DNA of 48,579 bases from a virus (Duplodnaviria; Caudoviricetes), in the IMG/VR virus record IMGVR_UViG_3300031949_000059, positions 1 through 48,579 of that record; one strand, written 5' to 3'. Shown piece by piece: positions 41,801 through 48,579 of the stretch. The translations under genes and the position numbers were made by a program. Position 1 is the stretch's first letter, and each line of letters begins with the position of its first letter. A model generated the notes under the pieces. The model did not search any database and had not been told where the DNA came from. It saw nothing but the letters and a program-made list of their open reading frames with translations.

Positions 41801-44178
41801 ATGGGTTGGAGGGTGCCGAGTACCGTGCCGCCGAAGCACACTTTAAATCTGATGGGGTAGCTGCGGTTATACCGGAGGGTGATGGCGTATGGCGGGCTGT
41901 GTCCAACACAGGGAAAGAAACGGTAATAAGGGAAACAGCAACTCTCAACCTGCATCAAACGGATTATTTTAAGTCTCAGTTGGGAGCAGCGGACAGGGCA
42001 CTTATAATTAAATCAGGGCTTGCCCTTGGCGGGGCTGCGCTTGGCCCGTTCCTTGTAGCGGAGGGTCGTGAAATACAGGGACTGATTGCTGGTGCTGCAC
42101 TCGGGTTTGGTCTGGCCTCATTACCAAAAGCAGTAAGAGCAATACACAATAACTGGAAGTTGGCACTAAAGACGGGAGCAATAGGTTCTGCCTATGCTGC
42201 TGTTGGTGCGGTCGTAGACCAAGATAATCCGGTAGAGGGTATTCTTGTAGGTAGTGCTATCTTCGGGTTGCGCTTCCTGCCAAAGGCAAAGAATCACCCA
42301 GAGGATGACCTGATACATGCCAGAAATGGAAACATAGCAGCAGAAGCGCGGCTGACTGAGAAAATAGCCCAAGCCATGGAAACAGCAGTACCTGATAAAC
42401 TGGCCAGAGAGCAGATTTCGGTGCTGGCAGAAGACCCTAAATTTATGGGGCGGACACCAGAGGAACGCGCAGTTGTTACTACGTGGAGGGCATTTACTCA
42501 GGGTTATTATGAACTGGCAAAAGATGCGGGGCTTGCTATGGGCTTTATCGAAGCCTATATATCACATATAATTGAACGTAATGGTTTGCCACAAACAGAA
42601 GTAGCAAAGATTATGGGTGAACTACTTCGAACAACGGGGGGGGCACCCGGAGGTATGGCCAAGTTTATCAAGCATAGGGAATATAAAACTTTTGCAGATG
42701 TGGAAAAAGCTATTGAGGGCACATCACTAACAATAAAAACAAAGGATATAGCGGAGATTACCCGGATATATTCACGAGCAATGACAAAGGCAATTGAGAA
42801 TAAAAAACTGATTAACAACCTGAAAGAAGCTACGCTGGGTGATGTGGAAGGACGAAATGCACGGCTTCTTACTACCACACCAGATTCTGGTTACATCCAA
42901 CTCGATGCCCCCCAGTTGCGGGGTCTCTACGTACATCCCGATATAGCCCCATCCCTTCGTTTTGTGTTTGATGCTAAGACACATGGTGAAGGTATTAATG
43001 CCCTTTTGGCTTTAAACCGAGCAACAAAGAGGATGAACGTACTTGGTTCTTTCTTCCATGCGAAGTCATTGCTGGAAGCATACTCTCTTGCTGGTGGTAA
43101 TCTGGTCACCGCTAAGGGTGCCATAGATGGTGCATTAAAGCAATTCAAGGAAGGTGGCTTTGGTGATGAACTTGATAAAGGACTGCGGGCAGGTCTTCGT
43201 GTAGAGATTCCCGTAGACGCTTCTGTGGAAGCCTTCGCTCAGGTGGGGCAGTTAGCAGACATCTATGCCAGTAAGATGCTGGGGCATAAAACAGAACTGC
43301 TAGGCACCGCCGGAAAGAAGATAGAGTCCATACAGCAACACACCTTTGATAGGTTTACTTGGGACTATTTGCACACTGGGTTGAAGCTAGCCACATACCT
43401 ACGCCTCATGGAAGAGTATAAACTGGGTAAGGCAGGCAAAGGACTCACGGAAGACCAGTACCGTGCAGGTGTAGCTTCCCATGTAAATGATACCTTTGGT
43501 GGTTTGGATTGGTATAGGGTTGTATCTGAGGCAAAATCAGAGGCAGGCAGGAAGCGGGCCGCAGCTATCCTCAAACCTTCTTCACGAGACTTGTTGGGGA
43601 TAGCTGCATTTGCCCCTGACTGGGGTGTGTCTACATTCCGGGCCGTATCAAAAGCACTACCGGGAGGGGCAAAGAACCCAGCGAATGCACAACTGGCAAG
43701 AAAGTATGTGTTACGGACAGCCATACTCTACAGCACGGTTATGACGGGGATTAACTATGCCCTCTCAGGACACTTTCCGTGGGACAACAAAGACCCGACA
43801 AGAATTGAATTTGCTGATGGCACAAGTATGCAGGCAGTAAAACACAGCATGGAGTTTGCAGAGTGGGTTCGTGACCCGGTAAAGACGTTCAGCAACAAGA
43901 TGGGTTTTTTCCCTAAAAACATAGTGGCCTTAACCTCGGATAAGCAGTATCCACATGGCCCGGATATAGAAAATAAAGCCAGCTTTGTAGCTGGACAGGT
44001 GTTACCGTTTACAGCCCGCTCATTTCAATCTGATGTGTCAGCAGAGACAAGTGCCAAACGGGCATTGCTTGGTATGTTTGGTGTGAGCATCTATGGGATG
44101 TCGGAAGAAGATAGACAACTAGCCCGAGAAGCACGAGCAAGACGCAAGGAAGAACAAGCAAGTGATGAGGAAGAATGA
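38824..44178 (+). CDS. Large internal virion (ejection) polyvalent protein with HD-GYP, ART-like and DUF3293-like domains
   Basis: N-terminal DPF repeats; Gly/Ala hydrophobic hairpins; HEARV/HDLGK/HP/HHQ..GYP/AD..D motifs; HYS..GTG..FY..YD..GY; WAIITAENP..E.S...F.QESVL; C-terminal N..FGG and FAPDW motifs. Confidence 0.8.
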   Translation: MEIIDPFEQDAEQTPQQDWGNEPMQMQQEDIKDPFAEDTNATILEEVKDPFEGLSPDHGIDLTGGSPGAQLVEGTRMAFANYGKLGRLGRTSNLIDAVDLVVGIVPSAIGIFTNHGSRILGMAGVASNGATREERERIGAEAQQAVAASVALRPSLALLGYTDDHPSELAQAMELINPSDETLKKIEKKTGGRITAADARLIVDELMGLPMLKAAHGSLMGSAKMDAGIARYNTVEKITDALAEGGTPKEIAMRILEKATKDGMPGAKDVSATDLAKDVMDVAEISREAKLRARQIPEADAKAMKEDAAAWRKQRRERMRENITQTQFVQAYNQAVKEAGIKGSYDQLSAKRKASIHKEWIAQEARQQLELAGIPAEQAFGYKRAQLGAVDKQLVASISATLGGAALGVYAADDKVAGGLLGAATGLGVTMAAIYGPKAKVERRNADWTAEKRAKYMAAATVLQAANDMLKASDPNTVTHEARVAGSVARLSKALGLSTEQQVRANLAALGHDLGKTGMKDILEKQAALTKDDMTLLRTHPEGTVKIMQALGIPENIIKTAGEHHQTAKPGVGYPRHGGSPDFSSLVVETADIGDSLIGGKNSGHDYPLKTIKDGKQIELPRTAHNVIQVMDDMAARGQLQPEVYKAYRDMFVRGEIPAAHKAQLESVGEVPWNRPTPMDTQTTVTGVHYSQEPHAELKGKMYGTGIRGQEAARLSEPGVDPRIKSRISFYIDEGQGIFPEGGVGSAKHVVKLENLYDAAKNPLQLPKEPNAFESAVIDAGYPGYYVKGAFDKQGAAVLLGDAAKSVKVEGKTPSITQQAFSPKNITDVLQKEDWAIITAENPKANALSSAENAVLMQELKATLDAKGLTYVEAKGKYAGNKENSLVVLGVSKAVAQDLGRLFEQESVLTKDGLLYSDGRVAPATGVTKHKQIPEDNYTHIPATGATFSIDLDFSLPKQVEPKPLGDIFNKQAGAFRMFAVGNGPVLKQMKVNGLEGAEYRAAEAHFKSDGVAAVIPEGDGVWRAVSNTGKETVIRETATLNLHQTDYFKSQLGAADRALIIKSGLALGGAALGPFLVAEGREIQGLIAGAALGFGLASLPKAVRAIHNNWKLALKTGAIGSAYAAVGAVVDQDNPVEGILVGSAIFGLRFLPKAKNHPEDDLIHARNGNIAAEARLTEKIAQAMETAVPDKLAREQISVLAEDPKFMGRTPEERAVVTTWRAFTQGYYELAKDAGLAMGFIEAYISHIIERNGLPQTEVAKIMGELLRTTGGAPGGMAKFIKHREYKTFADVEKAIEGTSLTIKTKDIAEITRIYSRAMTKAIENKKLINNLKEATLGDVEGRNARLLTTTPDSGYIQLDAPQLRGLYVHPDIAPSLRFVFDAKTHGEGINALLALNRATKRMNVLGSFFHAKSLLEAYSLAGGNLVTAKGAIDGALKQFKEGGFGDELDKGLRAGLRVEIPVDASVEAFAQVGQLADIYASKMLGHKTELLGTAGKKIESIQQHTFDRFTWDYLHTGLKLATYLRLMEEYKLGKAGKGLTEDQYRAGVASHVNDTFGGLDWYRVVSEAKSEAGRKRAAAILKPSSRDLLGIAAFAPDWGVSTFRAVSKALPGGAKNPANAQLARKYVLRTAILYSTVMTGINYALSGHFPWDNKDPTRIEFADGTSMQAVKHSMEFAEWVRDPVKTFSNKMGFFPKNIVALTSDKQYPHGPDIENKASFVAGQVLPFTARSFQSDVSAETSAKRALLGMFGVSIYGMSEEDRQLAREARARRKEEQASDEEE

Positions 44179-44230
44179 ACCAAATGCCTTTTCTGGTGTC
44201 CAAGATTAAAAAGATTAAACTTAGAGTTAG

Positions 44231-44305
44231 AGTATAACTAAAAAGCAGACCCAACGAGGTCTGCTATATAATACTTAATATATATATATATACATATAGA
44301 TATAA
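44231..44305 (+). promoter_or_regulatory. Intergenic hairpin plus TA-rich element (terminator or late promoter)
   Basis: AGTATAACTA, AGCAGACC-CAACGA-GGTCTGCT, then (TA)n and an AAGGAG RBS. Confidence 0.45.
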
Positions 44306-44318
44306 AGGAGAAACAAAT

Positions 44319-44747
44319 ATGTCCGCAATGAGTAACTACCTTGAATCACAGATTATCAAGTATTGGTTTCAGAATGATGCTACTGTGGCTGCAAAACCGG
44401 GCACAGTATACATCGCCCTGTTTACTGTCCTGCCATCGGAGGCCAGTGCCTCGGGAACTGAGGTAACCGGGGGTGGCTACTCTCGTGTGGCTGTAACTAA
44501 TAGTGCTGCTAACTGGGTAGGCCCAACCGACGATGATGCCACGGTCACCAATGGTGCTGCTATCACCTTTGCTGTTGCCTCTGGTGCTGACTGGGGTGAG
44601 ATTGTGGGAGTGGCTATCTATGATGCTGCTACTGCGGGCAACCAGCTATTTCAAGGTGCCTTGTCGGCCAATAAGACAGTAAATGATGGTGACCCCGCTT
44701 TCTCCTTTCCTATCGGGTCTATCAGTGTCAATGTGGATGTGGACTAA
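44319..44747 (+). CDS. Tail fibre-associated protein
   Basis: MSNYLE, YIALFT, E..GGGY.R, WG.I....I.DA.T.GN.L motifs. Confidence 0.7.
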   Translation: MSAMSNYLESQIIKYWFQNDATVAAKPGTVYIALFTVLPSEASASGTEVTGGGYSRVAVTNSAANWVGPTDDDATVTNGAAITFAVASGADWGEIVGVAIYDAATAGNQLFQGALSANKTVNDGDPAFSFPIGSISVNVDVD

Positions 44748-44756
44748 GGGTAGCGC

Positions 44757-47429
44757 ATGACTACCGACGCAGAAGCAAACCTGACATCCAGTGCCGCTCT
44801 AGCGGCTTCTGGTGTTGTAGGTACAACAGGAACCAGCACAGCGGCCTCCAAGCTAGACCACATTCCGCACAACACAGAGACTGACTTGAAGGGTATCGGT
44901 TGGCAGAAGTGGTTCTCATCTGTAAACAGGAAACTTGCAGTTACTGGGCAGATAGCATGGGCATCACTGTCGTTTGTTGGGAGTAACCTTGCCAATATAG
45001 CCACGCGGCTACACAGTGACCTACAAAGCATACAGGGTGGTGCTGTAGGGGATAACTACCACCTGCTGGCACTACAGCATGGCCTGTTTACATCAGGAAC
45101 TGAGCATCAACTGCTGCATGGTTCCCCCTCCCTTCCTGCGTGGGGTGCCGTAGACCTTACCACAGAGGTCATAGATACCCTTCCTGCCACGAACGGGGGT
45201 ACAGGCATAGCTACCTACCTTACCGGGGATGTAATCTATTCTGGCGCCACTAACACGCTCACAAAGCTGGCAGGTAATATAACCACAACCAAGCAGTTTC
45301 TAACACAAACAGGGACAGGGGCTGTTTCTGCTGCCCCGGCATGGGGCACTATTGTTACCTCAGACCTGACTGATGTAATCCCCACCCTCTCTGCTGGCAC
45401 TCGTGTAGCTCCCTCAGTAACAGACCCCGCTGATGGTACTCTTACCCTCGGGTCGGGGACATATGTATTCTACAGCACAGCAGCCGGGGAACTGCCCCTC
45501 ACCAGTTTTGTGATTGGTGGGGCTAATTACCCCCTCACTGACTTGGTAATGAACTATCTGGTAGCTGACTACAACGGCGGGTCACCCACTATATCCGTTT
45601 TAACCAGCAAGGCAACTTTCAACTACACCACGATCTACCCAATCGTAGCAGCATACCGGGATGGAACAGAGCTACATATTATTGCGGCAGATGCAGAGGG
45701 TGCAGCATTATCCAACAAGCTGTGGAAGCGTATAGACAGGCTCTTCGGTGTGCAAATAGAACCGGGTGGTTTTGTCCTTGGGGAGGTAGCTACTCGTGAT
45801 GTAACTATAACCTCTGGTGTTGCTTGGTGGGGGACAGAAGCGAATAGCCTTGCAGCCTACTCCTCGGTCACTGATGAACTAGCACTGTATAAGCATGTGG
45901 CTGGGGTGTGGACACGGCTGGTTATATCTGCCTATGATAATACATATTATGATGATGGTACAGACTTGGTGGCCCTCTCAGGGGGTAAGTATGCAGTCAA
46001 CTGGGTGTATAGAACAAGATGCCGTGACCATATAGAGGCGTACATAGTGCTGGGTGGAGGTAATTACAATCTAGCGCAAGCCCAGCAATCGAGCATACCG
46101 GCATCCCAGCCCCCCGAGCTAGTGGACTCAGCCTTCTTGGTTGGTCGGATTATTGTTGCACAGGGTGCGGCCTCTGCCACACAGATAGACTCTGCCTTCA
46201 CACAACTGTTTGCACAGACATCAACGACCGACCATGCTACGCTAAGTAATCTTGCGTGGACTTCTTCGGCACATACAGGCACAGCATCTAACTTTGCTGG
46301 GTTTGACGGTGCTGGGGCTGCTGCTTATTATCCTGTTGCTGATTATGTTGCGGAAACAGCAACAACACTAGGGGCGTTGATTGGTGGTGCGGGTGATGCC
46401 ACACCAAATGACACTGACTTTGTGGCTACATCATTAACTGCTGCCGGGATTCTTAAAAAGATTACATGGACAAATGTTAAGGCGTTTCTCAAGACGTACC
46501 TTGATACCCTGTATGCCTTGGTAGGGGCAGTGGGTTCTACTGGCATTACCATGAACACAGACAAGCTGCTTGGGAGGGGAACCGCTGGGGCGGGTGCTAT
46601 TGAGGAAATAACACTAGGTACAAACCTATCCTTCACTGGAACCACATTGAATGCCTCCGGTGGTGCTGGGGGTGGTACAGTAACACACACAGCCGGAGCA
46701 TTAACACAGTATATGGTTGCTGTGGGTTTGGGTGCTGATGACATTGGGGTCTTGGCGTCAACAGGCACAACAAAATATGCATTAACCAGTAATGGTGCGG
46801 GGGCATACCCCTCGTGGCAGGCGATTGTTCTGACAAACCCAAGGAATATCTATGGGAACAGCTTTGATGGTAGTGCGCCCCTCACCCAAGTAATTGCATC
46901 AACCTATGGTGGTACTGGCAATGGGTTTACCAAGTTCTCAGGCCCAGCCACAGCAGAGAAGACATTTACCTTACCAGATGCTGATGCTGTGCTGGCCTAT
47001 GGCACAGGGGCGGGGCAGGTAGTATTCCCAGCAGCGCAGAATGCAAGTGCCAATGCTAACACACTGGATGATTATGAGGAGGGCACGTTCACAGCTACAC
47101 TCACAGCAGCAACACCGCCAACAACACCACCCACTACAACCGCTACATACACCAAGATAGGTAACAGGGTGTTTGTAGAGTTTACATTTTTTAACGTGAA
47201 TACAACTGGGGCCAGCGGGGAAATGCGTGTTACAGGTTGCCCATTCACCTGTGGCTCTCCCGCGCATGGGAGTGCTGCCCTAGGTGGATTGGGTTCCGCG
47301 TCTGTTGTGTCTCAAATATGGTCTGCGGATACAGTGATTAAGTTTGCAAACCAGATAAGTGTGGCGCTAATAAATATAACAGCAGGCACAGGTAAGTACA
47401 TGTTTGTGTCTATCAACTTTCCAGTTTAA
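44757..47429 (+). CDS. Tail fibre protein
   Basis: 890 aa, mosaic Gly/Thr-rich; GGTG repeats; NTLDDYEEGTFT and YTKIGNRV C-terminal fibre motifs. Confidence 0.8.
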   Translation: MTTDAEANLTSSAALAASGVVGTTGTSTAASKLDHIPHNTETDLKGIGWQKWFSSVNRKLAVTGQIAWASLSFVGSNLANIATRLHSDLQSIQGGAVGDNYHLLALQHGLFTSGTEHQLLHGSPSLPAWGAVDLTTEVIDTLPATNGGTGIATYLTGDVIYSGATNTLTKLAGNITTTKQFLTQTGTGAVSAAPAWGTIVTSDLTDVIPTLSAGTRVAPSVTDPADGTLTLGSGTYVFYSTAAGELPLTSFVIGGANYPLTDLVMNYLVADYNGGSPTISVLTSKATFNYTTIYPIVAAYRDGTELHIIAADAEGAALSNKLWKRIDRLFGVQIEPGGFVLGEVATRDVTITSGVAWWGTEANSLAAYSSVTDELALYKHVAGVWTRLVISAYDNTYYDDGTDLVALSGGKYAVNWVYRTRCRDHIEAYIVLGGGNYNLAQAQQSSIPASQPPELVDSAFLVGRIIVAQGAASATQIDSAFTQLFAQTSTTDHATLSNLAWTSSAHTGTASNFAGFDGAGAAAYYPVADYVAETATTLGALIGGAGDATPNDTDFVATSLTAAGILKKITWTNVKAFLKTYLDTLYALVGAVGSTGITMNTDKLLGRGTAGAGAIEEITLGTNLSFTGTTLNASGGAGGGTVTHTAGALTQYMVAVGLGADDIGVLASTGTTKYALTSNGAGAYPSWQAIVLTNPRNIYGNSFDGSAPLTQVIASTYGGTGNGFTKFSGPATAEKTFTLPDADAVLAYGTGAGQVVFPAAQNASANANTLDDYEEGTFTATLTAATPPTTPPTTTATYTKIGNRVFVEFTFFNVNTTGASGEMRVTGCPFTCGSPAHGSAALGGLGSASVVSQIWSADTVIKFANQISVALINITAGTGKYMFVSINFPV

Positions 47430-47439
47430 GGGGAACATT

Positions 47440-47841
47440 ATGCAGGAGTGGGTATCTATTGTGTTTGGTCTTGGGGGGATATTGGGAATGCTCTACACAT
47501 TTTATGTATCAGTGAGAAAACCACAGGAGGAGCTAGATAAACGGCAGCTTATGGCAGCAAAGGACATAGATAACCGAGCAACAACTCTGGCCCAGCAAGA
47601 AGCAGAGGGGAAGGCTAATCTACTAGCGCAGCAAGTGACCCTGCAAAAAGAAGCAAACGAGAAGAAGTTTACCGAGATTGGGCTTAGGTTAAACACGATA
47701 GATTCTAAGGTAGCTGATTTAGGTGTTGCCTCAAACCTGTGGCAACTTGAAATACGCACACAACTGACACGCCTAGCCACAATTATTGAGGAGCGTATAC
47801 CACGGCTGGGGAGAGGAGTAGAAAAGTATGAAGACAAGTAA
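47440..47841 (+). CDS. Membrane protein of the lysis cassette (holin/antiholin-like)
   Basis: One N-terminal TM plus coiled coil; overlaps the endolysin start. Confidence 0.5.
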   Translation: MQEWVSIVFGLGGILGMLYTFYVSVRKPQEELDKRQLMAAKDIDNRATTLAQQEAEGKANLLAQQVTLQKEANEKKFTEIGLRLNTIDSKVADLGVASNLWQLEIRTQLTRLATIIEERIPRLGRGVEKYEDK

Positions 47842-48271
47842 AGCCGGGGTTGACTTCATCAAACAGATGGAGGGGTTTAGTGCCCACGTCTATAAAGATG
47901 TTGCAGGATACCCCACAATAGGCTATGGCCACCTTATCAAGACAGGTGAGTCATATGTAACCATCACTGAGGAGTATGCCACGAAACTCATGGCCTCCGA
48001 CCTCGTCCCATTTGAAAACTGCGTAAATGATTCTGTCAAGCTACCGCTCACACAGTTACAGTTCAACGCATTGGTATCCTTTACCTACAACGTGGGACAA
48101 CAGGCATTTAAAGGCAGCACTCTGCTCAGAACACTTAATGATGGGTTCTACAGGAATGCCGCCAACCAGTTCCTCAGATGGAATAAAGCTGGTGGTAAGG
48201 TAGTGCGGGGGTTGCAGATACGGCGACATATGGAAATGGAAATGTTCTTGAGAGGTACGAGCAATGCGTAG
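47828..48271 (+). CDS. Endolysin, GH24 phage lysozyme
   Basis: EG...Y.D..G..TIGYGH (E-D-T triad), Q.QF.ALVSF.YN.G, STLL..LN, W.K.GG....GL..RR..E. Confidence 0.95.
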   Translation: MKTSKAGVDFIKQMEGFSAHVYKDVAGYPTIGYGHLIKTGESYVTITEEYATKLMASDLVPFENCVNDSVKLPLTQLQFNALVSFTYNVGQQAFKGSTLLRTLNDGFYRNAANQFLRWNKAGGKVVRGLQIRRHMEMEMFLRGTSNA

Positions 48272-48503
48272 CAATTATATTAAGGATATATTCACGGCAC
48301 GGAATGGTATTGACTGGTCTTTATGCAAGCTGTTATCTGTCATTGGTGGTGGCACAATGATATACAAGTTTGGTGTTTCTTTGACCCCCGACTTTCTTGG
48401 GTTTGCCTCTGGGCTAAGTCTAATAGTAGCCAGTCTTGCTGGTAAATACTATGTGGAGTCCCATACTGAGGTGGAAGATGCCACAGAGAAGCCTCTAGGA
48501 TGA
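48264..48503 (+). CDS. Putative holin
   Basis: 79 aa, two hydrophobic segments, charged C-terminus; overlaps the endolysin stop. Confidence 0.6.
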   Translation: MRSNYIKDIFTARNGIDWSLCKLLSVIGGGTMIYKFGVSLTPDFLGFASGLSLIVASLAGKYYVESHTEVEDATEKPLG

Positions 48504-48579
48504 GCTACAATGCATTTAAATAGGTCTAGGTAGGCTACCCTACGTTGGACATGAATAAGCCCCTTAAACAGGGGCTTTT
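48392..48579. repeat. Terminal direct repeat (circular assembly overlap), right copy
   Basis: Matches nt 1-188 with one mismatch. Confidence 0.95.

Noticed and set aside
44757-47429. Diversity-generating retroelement or invertible cassette acting on the tail fibre
   Set aside because: No reverse transcriptase, invertase or template/variable repeat pair was seen in the genome
21500-47900. Numerous minus-strand ORFs within the structural arm (and plus-strand ORFs within the replication arm)
   Set aside because: They are antisense shadows of well-supported genes with no RBS or recognisable motifs
1-48579. Temperate lifestyle or alternative genetic code
   Set aside because: No integrase, repressor or partition genes were recognised, and core genes are full length under the standard code

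Overview
This window is an essentially complete, circularly permuted genome of a lytic podovirus-type tailed phage. The unit length is about 48.4 kb, because nt 1-188 repeat at 48392-48579 with one mismatch. The host is Gram-negative, as shown by Rz/Rz1 spanins and lipoproteins. Two arms diverge from a ~1.3-kb non-coding control region (about 19.65-20.96 kb) and converge on a terminator hairpin near nt 166-190. The minus-strand arm carries early genes (SprT-like protease, protein kinase, pentapeptide-repeat protein, papain-fold proteins) and a T7-like replication set (primase, helicase, split PolA, SSB-like protein, 5'-3' exonuclease, nuclease, metallophosphoesterase, ATP ligase). The plus-strand arm carries tRNA-Tyr, TerS/TerL, portal, GroES, scaffold, capsid, P22-like tail and ejection proteins, tail fibre, endolysin and holin. 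I found no RNA polymerase, integrase or repressor. The most notable observations are: (1) the 1784-aa ejection-type protein carries an HD-GYP cyclic-dinucleotide phosphodiesterase domain plus ART-like and DUF3293-like domains between duplicated membrane hairpins; (2) the early region has four sigma54 (-24/-12)-type motifs and tandem 17-bp dyad boxes that look like enhancer-binding-protein sites, which suggests a possible circuit of injected phosphodiesterase plus sigma54/bEBP-gated early transcription (inference); (3) the P22 gp10-like tail-hub gene is split and has a duplicated N-terminal module; (4) there are covarying intergenic hairpins and other repeated cis-elements. All family assignments come from motif recognition by eye; no database searches were run.
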